Below, piece after piece: positions 7,931 through 16,151 of a stretch of DNA of 55,872 nucleotides. Position 1 is the first letter of the stretch. Every line of letters begins with the position of its first letter. The stretch covers positions 358,688 through 414,559 of the forward strand of contig MGGJ01000001.1 of assembly GCA_001792345.1 (NCBI GenBank). The letters run 5' to 3'. The position numbers and the translations under genes were made by a program. Origin of the DNA: Candidatus Woesebacteria bacterium RIFCSPHIGHO2_01_FULL_39_32. GTDB lineage: Bacteria; Patescibacteriota; Microgenomatia; UBA8517. The notes beneath the pieces were generated by a model. It was not told the DNA's origin. It did no database searches and saw only the letters and a list, made by a program, of their open reading frames with translations.

Positions 7931-8758
7931 TTACCTGCTGTCTTTACCAGTATTTACATACTGAATACACAGCCCTTGGTTGCTGAAACCATAAGCTTCC
8001 CAGCCACCATCTTTACAATCGTCTTTGGTAACAGGATTGAGGACCACTTCGTATTTCTCAGAATTATCAATTGCTAAGAAACCGAAATCGCTCGTCACAA
8101 ACCAACCATAACGATTGCCTCCAACCGTAGTACCAATAACATCAGTTGGATCAGACAACGTCCATGTATGTAAAACTGTTTCAGTACCATCCAATACATC
8201 CATGACTACTTCCAGTACTCCACTTCCGTCATCTTGGAAAGTGTGACGAAATGTGTACCAACCACTGGTGTCTACAAAGAACGGATCTCTCCCCGGATTT
8301 GATGGCCAGCCCGGAGCATTATTGCTAGCACTCATGGCAAATTGCCCTGTAACTAGTGGGTCTGTACCAACGCTAAAGATAAAGTCTCTTCTGTGTGAAC
8401 CCGCAGGATCATTTATCGCAGAAGAAAAATCAAATCTTTTATCAGTTGCAAGTACAGTATTCTCAGACATATCAAGGTAGATATCGACTTGAGTTACATA
8501 ACCGTTAGTAGGGAAAGCGCTTTCATATCCACCCCAACGTGTAAATGCTCCTGCATCAACTTCCGCGTGGAAATCTCCATCGGCAGAAGTTACACCGTTA
8601 CTTCCACTGGCAACTCTAACTATGTTTGTCCCGTCGGTAAACCAACCATCTGTGTCGACCTCAAAGCCGTTAAAAAAATTAGCGACTGCCAACGCGGAAC
8701 CAGTAGCTAGAAGCAAAGCAAAAGTGGAAACTATTACTGATTTTAATATTTTTTTCAT
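7931..8758 (-). CDS. Secreted protein of unknown function (beta-rich, lectin-like; C-terminal CKDGGWEAYGFSNQGLC motif)
   Basis: Signal peptide MKKILKSVIVSTFALLLATGSALA. GGAGGTGA SD lies 7 nt before the ATG. I recognise no catalytic motif. Confidence 0.6.
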   Translation of the reverse strand: MKKILKSVIVSTFALLLATGSALAVANFFNGFEVDTDGWFTDGTNIVRVASGSNGVTSADGDFHAEVDAGAFTRWGGYESAFPTNGYVTQVDIYLDMSENTVLATDKRFDFSSAINDPAGSHRRDFIFSVGTDPLVTGQFAMSASNNAPGWPSNPGRDPFFVDTSGWYTFRHTFQDDGSGVLEVVMDVLDGTETVLHTWTLSDPTDVIGTTVGGNRYGWFVTSDFGFLAIDNSEKYEVVLNPVTKDDCKDGGWEAYGFSNQGLCIQYVNTGKDSR

Positions 8759-8855
8759 ATATTTTTCACCTCCTAACTAACAAAGGGCAGTTTTACCCCT
8801 TAGGCAGCAGGACAATTCATCATCCTGCCTTAAAAAGGTAAAGATGTGCACAAAA

Positions 8856-8879
8856 AAACCAGACTTCAGGGTCTGGTTT
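8856..8879 (-). terminator. Intrinsic-terminator-like hairpin in the region upstream of the 7931-8758 gene
   Basis: The minus strand reads AAACCAGAC-CCTGAA-GTCTGGTTT followed by TTTTG. This is a 9-bp perfect stem plus a U-tract, located about 100 nt upstream of the start codon at 8758. Confidence 0.45.
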
Positions 8880-9027
8880 AATCGGATTATTTTTTAATTC
8901 GCAACAATTATTAAAAGTCATAGCATTATTTCTTTGCACACTAGGTGCGGGATTATAAAAACTGTATCAAAACCTTACGGGTTTGAGAGCTTCGCTAGTT
9001 TATATAATTGAGTTCAAATACTTATTC

Positions 9028-9062
9028 GTTGATTAATAATCAACTCTTTGATTTGAAATCAA
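9028..9062. promoter_or_regulatory. Tandem palindromes GTTGATT-AAT-AATCAAC and TTGATTT-G-AAATCAA (candidate operators)
   Basis: Two adjacent perfect 7-bp-arm inverted repeats share the half-site TTGATT. They lie in the 567-nt divergent intergenic region of the TasA-like locus. Confidence 0.4.
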
Positions 9063-9325
9063 TTATGGGGCAGGAAACTTAGGAAAGGTATTAGTAAATA
9101 GTAATTTTCTAAATTCTAATGTAATCAAGCTATCACCCTAATAATAACTTTTCAAGTAGAACTTTAAATATATTAATGTATCAAATTAAACAAATTAAAA
9201 AAATTCCCATAATAATTTAAACAAGTTGAAGTTTCCATTGACAATTCGGCTAATTCTGGGACAATTCTTGAACAGTGGAGAATTTTAGGGTCCTGCTCTT
9301 CCAGATACCCTCAGTTTCTAATTAA

Positions 9326-9997
9326 ATGATCAAGAGAATATTTATCTCGGCTCTCTTTTTGCTCGTGATATCTTCTTATAATAATATTTTTGCTGCCGAT
9401 AAGAATGTTGTCTGTAATAATTCCGGCTGCAGCGGTTTTTCCGGTAGTCTTTTTTCTGAATCCGGAATGCTCCCTGGTGATACTTTATCGAAAACTTTCA
9501 GCGTTAAAAACGAAAGAAATGAGCCTATTTCCTTAACTTTGGAATCGGAAGAAAATGCCGGCACCGATGAAATCTTCAAGCAAAAAATTGTCGCAGTAGT
9601 TTATGAAAATGGGGGTTTAATAAAATTCAGCGGCACTTTTGAAAACTTTTTAGTTTCAGATATAGCTCTCGGCAATTTAAGCCCAAATGAGACCAAAAAT
9701 TATGAGATTTCAATAAGTTTTCCGACAGATGCAGGAAATGAATATCAGGGTAAAGTTATAAACTTTGATTTAAGTATCACAATTACAGGTGATGATGGAA
9801 GCACAGAAGTTTTATCGAGTTCAACATCAAATACCAACTCGTCTTCAAATAATTCTTCTCGGCCAGGAAGCATTCTTGGAACAATTTTGGGATTATCAGA
9901 TACAGGTGGGGTTAAGTTAGTTCTGATTTTTGGTGGAATTGGAATTTTATTAACTTCAATCGGATTAAAACTTATACACTCTAATCGGCGTGGTTAA
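9326..9997 (+). CDS. TasA/camelysin-like secreted protein with C-terminal LPXTG-like sorting signal (LSDTG + TM + RRG)
   Basis: It has a signal peptide, then MLPGDTLSKTFSVKNERNE ... DAGNEYQGKVINFDLSITI, paralogous to the middle domain of 2346-3521. A Ser/Asn-rich linker follows, then GLSDTGGVKLVLIFGGIGILLTSIGLKLIHSNRRG. Confidence 0.7.
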   Translation: MIKRIFISALFLLVISSYNNIFAADKNVVCNNSGCSGFSGSLFSESGMLPGDTLSKTFSVKNERNEPISLTLESEENAGTDEIFKQKIVAVVYENGGLIKFSGTFENFLVSDIALGNLSPNETKNYEISISFPTDAGNEYQGKVINFDLSITITGDDGSTEVLSSSTSNTNSSSNNSSRPGSILGTILGLSDTGGVKLVLIFGGIGILLTSIGLKLIHSNRRG

Positions 9998-10055
9998 ACG
10001 CACAAGAGGTTTATTGTTTTAACTATTGTTTTGGAATTATAATCAATCTAACCTC

Positions 10056-11720
10056 ATGGCAAAAATTATGCTTCTAAATGGTAAAAAATATCCTTTTGTT
10101 AACGAACCAAGCTTAAAAAAGGCCGCTTTAAAATATAAAAATATTTTTAGCATAAAAAAAGAAGGAAATAATATAATTTCGATAGAAAATATAAAACCGT
10201 TTTATTGGAAAAAGTGGAGTATCAAAAAAGATCAAACGGTTAAAGATGGCGCAGGCGAACCTATTTATGATTTCGATATTATCTTTAAGGATATTGTTTT
10301 GGAAAAACTTGATACTAAACTAAATCCCAGAAAAAATACAACCGACGCCTCTATTAATCCTAATAAAAAAGAAATTTATACCTATTTATCTAGTAAATCA
10401 ATTTACATCACAAATTCAGAAATACGTTCTAGTTTTAATTTAAATGATTGTATTCTTATTTTTAATTTAGTTCTTGATAAAACAATTTTCAAAAAAGATT
10501 TCTCCGTAAATAATACAAAGTTTTACAGTAGACTTTACATAAGAAATGCAACTTTCAAAGATAAAGTTATTTTTAATAAGTGTTTATTTGAATGCGGTTT
10601 AACATTTAAAGGCTCTTTATTAAAAAATAATTTTAATATTTTAAATTCAGAGATAGTTGAAACCGATAAAGTAGATAAAATCGATGTTGATTTTAGTAAC
10701 ACATTATTTGAAAAAGATTTAATTCTAAAAAATATTTTTAATACATGGGGAAGATATGCATTCAAAGAAGCCATTATCAAAGGTGATGCATATTTTTCAA
10801 ATATCAATAATCTTAGCTTTTTAGATCTTCGCCTTTCTAACTTTGAAAAACAGTTATTTTTGGAACTTGGAAGTGTCGGTCAATATAAATATTTAACGCT
10901 AGCTCTTTACCAGTCTGATATAAATCATCTTCTTTGTGATCATGTACAGATTAAAAATGTAAAGGTAAAATCCGAAAGTTATTCAAAAACCTATATCGCC
11001 AGGTTTTATGGTATTAAAAAACCGAAAACCGTAAGTTTTATCAGAAAAGAATTAAATTTAAAAACTATAAAAAGATTAGGGCTAAAAGCATTATTTTTTG
11101 GAACACATGGCAGGAATTACCATATGAAGGATGAAAAAGGTTTATTAAGAGAAAAATTAATTATTATTCAAACTATTAGAGATATGCTGCCGATTTATAT
11201 TCATGAGATTCGATTACTTAGAAAAATTTTTAGTGAGTTAAATATCCGTGAAGCAGATGATGTTTATTTTGCAAAATTAATGAACGCGCAGCTGGAATTT
11301 GATAGATATTGCTATGAATATAAATCCTTTTCCAAAAGGTTTTCTTACTGGCTCAGAAGAATTGTGTTTAAGAATGTATTTGGTTGGGGAGTACACTTGC
11401 AAAATGTAATTTATTATTCTGCATTGGTAATACTTTTTTTTGCTCTAATCTTTCACAATTTTTTACCGAACGCGGTATTTGCAACGGTGGATGAAGTAAA
11501 TGGAGTAATAAGTAATGAGCTTGTGAGGATGATTAATTATTCTTTCTGGGACAAGATTTTTATATCCTTTCAAGGATTTTTTGGAATTCTACTTCCGGAT
11601 TTTTCAATTAAAATCATAAGTGCTCCCCTTAATATTTTAATTACTTTAGAGTCCGTCATCGGGCTTATTTTTGTAACGGTGATGGTTGCTGTTCTTTCTA
11701 GGAAGTTCATGAGAATGTAG
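10056..11720 (+). CDS. Beta-helix (pentapeptide-like) repeat protein with C-terminal 2-TM pore-loop channel-like domain
   Basis: Degenerate 5-residue periodicity appears in aa about 130-290 (for example NATFKDKVIFNKCLFECGLTFKGSLLKNNFNILNSEI). The C-terminus reads YYSALVILFFALIF ... SFWDKIFISFQGFFGILLPD ... LITLESVIGLIFVTVMVAVL. This resembles a K-channel pore module but lacks the TVGYG filter. The gene is very AT-rich. The tracked ORF starts at TTG 10026. Confidence 0.5.
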   Translation: MAKIMLLNGKKYPFVNEPSLKKAALKYKNIFSIKKEGNNIISIENIKPFYWKKWSIKKDQTVKDGAGEPIYDFDIIFKDIVLEKLDTKLNPRKNTTDASINPNKKEIYTYLSSKSIYITNSEIRSSFNLNDCILIFNLVLDKTIFKKDFSVNNTKFYSRLYIRNATFKDKVIFNKCLFECGLTFKGSLLKNNFNILNSEIVETDKVDKIDVDFSNTLFEKDLILKNIFNTWGRYAFKEAIIKGDAYFSNINNLSFLDLRLSNFEKQLFLELGSVGQYKYLTLALYQSDINHLLCDHVQIKNVKVKSESYSKTYIARFYGIKKPKTVSFIRKELNLKTIKRLGLKALFFGTHGRNYHMKDEKGLLREKLIIIQTIRDMLPIYIHEIRLLRKIFSELNIREADDVYFAKLMNAQLEFDRYCYEYKSFSKRFSYWLRRIVFKNVFGWGVHLQNVIYYSALVILFFALIFHNFLPNAVFATVDEVNGVISNELVRMINYSFWDKIFISFQGFFGILLPDFSIKIISAPLNILITLESVIGLIFVTVMVAVLSRKFMRM

Positions 11721-11767
11721 CTGCTTGACTAAACCCCAACCTATAACGATAATATCGGCAATAACTT

Positions 11768-12448
11768 ATGCAATATAGAACTGTCGATTACCTTAGAGAT
11801 AGTTATTGGTTTATAGAAATGCCCATTAATTTGTGGGAATTTCTAAAGCCCAGACTGAAAAAGTTTTTAGATAAGGCAATTGATTTTGAGTACGACAAAT
11901 ATATATTTCGTATTGCAGAAAATCTCCCTTACGCTTTGGTTATTTTATTTTTGGGACTTTTTGCTGTCCTAACTTTGGCTAAATACAGCGAAAAACAAAA
12001 CGGTATCCGAGTAACAACTATCACTACTAATTCCATGTATCCTGCAATTGCGCCCGGAAGCATAATTATTTCTACACCTACTTCGATTTACTCAAAGGGA
12101 GATATTATAACTTACAAAGAAATTAATCCAAAAACAGGCGTTGAAACAGGGCGGGCTATTACTCATAGGATAATTTCGGAAGGCGAGTCAGACAAGGATG
12201 TTATTTATGTGACACAAGGAGATGCAAATAAGCAGCCGGATCCTGGCAATATCAAAAAGGAACAAATTTTCGGAAAAGTATTTATGATTGTCCCTTTTCT
12301 CGGGTACTTTGACATCGTCGTTAAGACTCTTCCCGGATTTACTATTTTTATAGTAATTCCCGCACTACTACTTATCAGAAATGAATTAAATTTTCTCAAA
12401 GAGGAGAAAAGATACAGCCTAAAGAAGAGTGACTTCGTTGGTTTGTAA
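11768..12448 (+). CDS. ER/archaeal-type (SipW/Sec11-like) signal peptidase I, stand-alone
   Basis: Motifs TNSMYPAI (Ser), ITHRII (His) and QGDAN. One N-terminal TM helix follows a roughly 55-aa cytoplasmic extension, and there is a C-terminal TM helix. Confidence 0.8.
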   Translation: MQYRTVDYLRDSYWFIEMPINLWEFLKPRLKKFLDKAIDFEYDKYIFRIAENLPYALVILFLGLFAVLTLAKYSEKQNGIRVTTITTNSMYPAIAPGSIIISTPTSIYSKGDIITYKEINPKTGVETGRAITHRIISEGESDKDVIYVTQGDANKQPDPGNIKKEQIFGKVFMIVPFLGYFDIVVKTLPGFTIFIVIPALLLIRNELNFLKEEKRYSLKKSDFVGL

Positions 12449-13318
12449 ATCAATCTCGCATTGGTTTCCAGATTCAACTTCCGATGTAGGCTTTGGCGTA
12501 GAATCAATATCTTCGTACTTACAAATAAGCTTACTCGAATCCGCGGATAATCCCACAATCCCAAATCTCCTTATAACTCCTTCTGGAATAGTTCCAATTG
12601 TAAGGTTTTCTTCGCTTTTTGAACTAAGGACAAAGGAGTATATATTCACAGGAGAGGAGGAGGCAGCGGTATTTATGTAATAAATTTTACTTCCGTTACT
12701 TGCCCAAATACATCCTTGTCTATTCGGGCTTACCTCAGTAACCTCACTGCCGTCTACTCTTGATAAGTAAAGAGCAGGTTCCGGAGCTGGAGGCCATGAT
12801 TCAAAACATAAATTAGTGTTGTCTGGGGAAACTGTAACTTTTGCAAAACCCGTAATACCAGTTGATTCGTAATCGTCCTTATTTATTAGTATCTGTAGTT
12901 CAGTTCCGGGTTTATCGCTTACTACACTTCCATCTTGAATTTTGACCTGATCGGCACTAAATTCCGGTGTTGGCGAAATTTGATCCTGGGGTGTCTGATT
13001 GTCTCCCTCTTCGTCTTTTTCTATATTTCTATTCTGAAAATAAAGATATGCTACAACACCATAGATAATAACTATAATAACCAATGCAAAAATTACAAAA
13101 GTTCTAAATCCACCCGGTCGGCCTGTTAGGTTAGAAGTAGGTTTCATCAATGGACTAGAAGGTATAGGAAAAGGAGTCGGTGTTGGTGTTTTAGTTTCGC
13201 TAGGTGGATTTGGCGCTTGAGAACTAACAGATTCTTGATTTAATGGCGAGGTAGGAAGTGGAGTTGGAGGGACAACGGATGCTGTTTGACCTTCTTCATT
13301 TTGTTTTAGAGGATCCAT
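12419..13318 (-). CDS. Pro-rich, membrane-anchored TolB/WD40-like beta-propeller repeat protein
   Basis: Has a Pro/Thr/Ser-rich N-terminus, a TM helix FVIFALVIIVIIYGVVAYLYF, then PD40-like repeats (LYLSRVDGSEVTEVSP, SNGSKIYYIN). Start is ATG at 13318; the tracked TTG is at 13357. The 3' end overlaps the convergent gene by 30 nt. Confidence 0.5.
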   Translation of the reverse strand: MDPLKQNEEGQTASVVPPTPLPTSPLNQESVSSQAPNPPSETKTPTPTPFPIPSSPLMKPTSNLTGRPGGFRTFVIFALVIIVIIYGVVAYLYFQNRNIEKDEEGDNQTPQDQISPTPEFSADQVKIQDGSVVSDKPGTELQILINKDDYESTGITGFAKVTVSPDNTNLCFESWPPAPEPALYLSRVDGSEVTEVSPNRQGCIWASNGSKIYYINTAASSSPVNIYSFVLSSKSEENLTIGTIPEGVIRRFGIVGLSADSSKLICKYEDIDSTPKPTSEVESGNQCEIDLQTNEVTLL

Positions 13319-13387
13319 ACTAATTCTACTATACACTGCTTTCCATGAGCCTCGCAAGAGAGCAAATATGTGTTGATTTAGTATATA

Positions 13388-14140
13388 ATGGGCTTAACAA
13401 CAAAAATGTTAGATTTGCACATTAGTTTAAATAAAACCTCTGTAAATAAACTGCTTGCAATATTCCCTCACCCTGATGATGAATCTTTCTGCACGGCGGG
13501 TCTTTTCCAGCTAGCACAAAAAAATGACATAAAGACTACCTTAATTTGCCTAACAAAAGGTGAGAGAGGTACAAATTCACTTGGTGTCGGTAATTTAAAA
13601 AAAATTAGAACTAAAGAACTGGAACTAGCTGCGGAAGTTCTCGGAATCGACGAACTACTTAATTGGGATTTTCCAGATCTTAATTTGAAAGACACAAAAA
13701 AAATATGGTCTGAAAAGCTTAAAAGGAAGATTGATAAATTAAATCCAGACATTATCGTTACTTTTGACCACAGCGGTATTACAGGCCACCCGGATCACAT
13801 AGTAGTAAGCACAGAAGTTCTACATATATTGAAAGAAATGAAAAAGCCACCGAGCCTTTTGTGGAGGATACCAGATGAACAGGAAAAAGCTTTTTTTAGA
13901 GAAAATAGCTCATTGATATTTGCTAGCAAGCCAACCCATATTCTTAAATATGGGTTCTCAGAAACATTAAATAAAATAAAGGCGATTTATACTCACGCCA
14001 GCCAGATGAAGTCTTTTAGATTTAAAATACAAATTCTTGAATGGTTTTTGTTTGACCATAAGGAACTTTATTGTAAAGTTGATTTAAATAAAAAGTATAC
14101 TCACAAATTTGTTTTAAAGAAGCAAAGATTAATAATTTAA
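13388..14140 (+). CDS. PIG-L/LmbE family N-acetylglucosaminyl deacetylase
   Basis: AIFPHPDDESF and GITGHPDHIVV motifs. Confidence 0.8.
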   Translation: MGLTTKMLDLHISLNKTSVNKLLAIFPHPDDESFCTAGLFQLAQKNDIKTTLICLTKGERGTNSLGVGNLKKIRTKELELAAEVLGIDELLNWDFPDLNLKDTKKIWSEKLKRKIDKLNPDIIVTFDHSGITGHPDHIVVSTEVLHILKEMKKPPSLLWRIPDEQEKAFFRENSSLIFASKPTHILKYGFSETLNKIKAIYTHASQMKSFRFKIQILEWFLFDHKELYCKVDLNKKYTHKFVLKKQRLII

Positions 14141-14545
14141 ATGCTAAAGTTCACAATTACAACTTCAAAGGAGAAGGGAATTGTTGATATCACAAATCTT
14201 GTAAATGATCTTCTTATTAAAAACGGATTTGATGAGGGAGTCTGTATTCTTTTTGTTACACATACAACTTGTGCTTTGACAACCGCAGATCTTGACCCCG
14301 GTACAGATCAAGACTATCTGGATGCATACGGGGCAATGATTCCGAAACTAGACTATCGCCACCCACATGATCCCGGGCACGTGGGCGATCATATCGCCTC
14401 GTCAATGATAGGACCAGGATTGGCAATTCCTGTTACATCTGCTAATATGGTATTAGGCTCGTGGCAAAAGGTAATCCTGATAGAATTTTCAGGTCCAAAG
14501 GAGCGACACATAAGCCTGACTTTTTTATCAGAAGTTAAATCATGA
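14141..14545 (+). CDS. YjbQ/UPF0047 family protein (secondary thiamine-phosphate synthase-like)
   Basis: Motifs FVTHTTCALTTADLDPG and HPHDPGHVGDHIASSMIG, at about 134 aa. Confidence 0.8.
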   Translation: MLKFTITTSKEKGIVDITNLVNDLLIKNGFDEGVCILFVTHTTCALTTADLDPGTDQDYLDAYGAMIPKLDYRHPHDPGHVGDHIASSMIGPGLAIPVTSANMVLGSWQKVILIEFSGPKERHISLTFLSEVKS

Positions 14546-14745
14546 ACGCAATTGAACTTTTTTTAATACTATATTTTATCTCTGCAGGATTTATTTATGC
14601 GCTACAAAGTCAGACAGGAATACCATTTACTATCCCAGGAGACATATACATTCATATAGGTACAAAAAAAGTTTATATACCCATAGCCAGTTCACTTGTT
14701 TTAACAATAGTTTTATACTTAATACTCAATAGTTTTCGAAGATAA
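14542..14745 (+). CDS. Small membrane protein (2 TM)
   Basis: Its ATGA start overlaps the upstream stop. It has two hydrophobic helices and no recognisable family. Confidence 0.4.
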   Translation: MNAIELFLILYFISAGFIYALQSQTGIPFTIPGDIYIHIGTKKVYIPIASSLVLTIVLYLILNSFRR

Positions 14746-14746
14746 T

Positions 14747-15355
14747 ATGACATACTTACTTCCTAAGTTACCCTACTCATATAGTGCTCTTGAACCTTAT
14801 ATTGATAGGCGTACAATGAAAATTCATCATACCAAACATCACCAAGCGTATGTCGATAATTTAAATAAAGCTTTAGAAGGTCTAAAATATAAACCAAGCT
14901 CAGCTGAAGAAATTTTAAAAAATCTCAACAGAATTCCTCTTGATGTTCGTCAAGCAGTAATTAATAACGGGGGAGGTCATGTTAATCACACCTTTTTTTG
15001 GAACATCATGAGTCCCAAAAAATCGACGCCTTCAGGGAATCTATTAGAAATGTTAAATAAAAAATTTGGGTCGGTTGAAAAATTTAGGGAAAGCTTTACT
15101 CAAAAGGCTATGGGTTTATTTGGTAGCGGCTGGGCCTTTCTTGTTGTTACAAAAAGTGGTCAAATCAGCCTTAAAAGGCACTCTTTCCAAAACTCACCCT
15201 TAATGCAGGGAAACTTCCCGATTTTAGGAATTGATCTTTGGGAGCATGCTTACTATCTGAAATATCAAAACAGGAAAGCCGATTATATTAAAGCATGGTG
15301 GAATGTGATCAACTGGCCCGAAGTAGAGAAAAATTTTAAAGGGGCTTTAAAGTAA
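14747..15355 (+). CDS. Fe/Mn superoxide dismutase
   Basis: Motifs LPKLPYSYSALEPYID..MKIHHTKHHQAYV and DLWEHAYYLKYQNRKADYI. Confidence 0.95.
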   Translation: MTYLLPKLPYSYSALEPYIDRRTMKIHHTKHHQAYVDNLNKALEGLKYKPSSAEEILKNLNRIPLDVRQAVINNGGGHVNHTFFWNIMSPKKSTPSGNLLEMLNKKFGSVEKFRESFTQKAMGLFGSGWAFLVVTKSGQISLKRHSFQNSPLMQGNFPILGIDLWEHAYYLKYQNRKADYIKAWWNVINWPEVEKNFKGALK

Positions 15356-15452
15356 GTACCTATTTTCTAATCTTACTTCCTATATCTTAAATCATAAATC
15401 TTTTTTCCTCTTGCTTATTGCACATCAAATGATTTATGTTAGTATTGTTCCC

Positions 15453-16151
15453 ATGGCAGCAAAAAAATCAGCAGTAAAAAAAGGAGTAACCAAAAGTAAA
15501 CCTAAAAAAATAGTTGAAAAAGCTCCAACAGAAGTAAAATCTTCAAAATTCAGGAAGTTTACAAAAAATAAAAAGACTACAAAACTTCTGATTAAAGCGA
15601 TAGCGCTCTTACTATTACTTTTACTACTTTATCTTGGAAGAAGCCTCTTTGTAGCAGCAATTGTTGGAAATCGGCCCATTACTCGTATCTCACTTATCCA
15701 AGAGCTTGAAAAACAATCAGGTCAACAAGCACTGGATAATCTAATTACTAAAGAACTTATTTACCAGGAGGCGAGCAAACAAAACATAAATATCGGAAGC
15801 GAAGAGGTTACTGCAGAAATCGATAAAATAAAAAGTTCTCTTGAGTCTCAAGGAACGACACTTGATGCTGCTTTGTCTATGCAAGGCCAGACAAGAGAAA
15901 GTTTAGAAGAAAACATTCGAGTACAAAAAACACTGGAAAAAGTTCTTCAGAGTGATATAGAGGTGAGTGACGAAGAACTATCAAAATATTTTGAAGAAAA
16001 TAAATCTCTTTATGGAGAAGGCGCCAAATATGAAGATTTAAAAGAAAACATAAAGGAGCAACTTAAACAAGAGAAACTCTCAACTGTTTTTCAGACTTGG
16101 ATTGAAAAACTTCGTAGTGATACAAAAATTATTTACTTCGTCAACTATTAG
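15453..16151 (+). CDS. Membrane-anchored SurA-N/PrsA-like chaperone domain protein (no obvious PPIase domain)
   Basis: Has a Lys-rich N-terminus, a TM helix, then a helical domain with NRPITRISLIQELEKQSGQQALDNLITKELI, typical of the SurA N-terminal domain. ATG at 15453 is preferred over the tracked TTG at 15411. Confidence 0.55.
   Translation: MAAKKSAVKKGVTKSKPKKIVEKAPTEVKSSKFRKFTKNKKTTKLLIKAIALLLLLLLLYLGRSLFVAAIVGNRPITRISLIQELEKQSGQQALDNLITKELIYQEASKQNINIGSEEVTAEIDKIKSSLESQGTTLDAALSMQGQTRESLEENIRVQKTLEKVLQSDIEVSDEELSKYFEENKSLYGEGAKYEDLKENIKEQLKQEKLSTVFQTWIEKLRSDTKIIYFVNY

Noticed and set aside
8759-9325. Whether the large AT-rich intergenic region hides a protein-coding gene.
   Set aside because: I found only very short ORFs (for example ATGGGGCAGGAAACTTAG at 9065-9082), and the composition is that of promoter or operator DNA. 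I treated it as regulatory.
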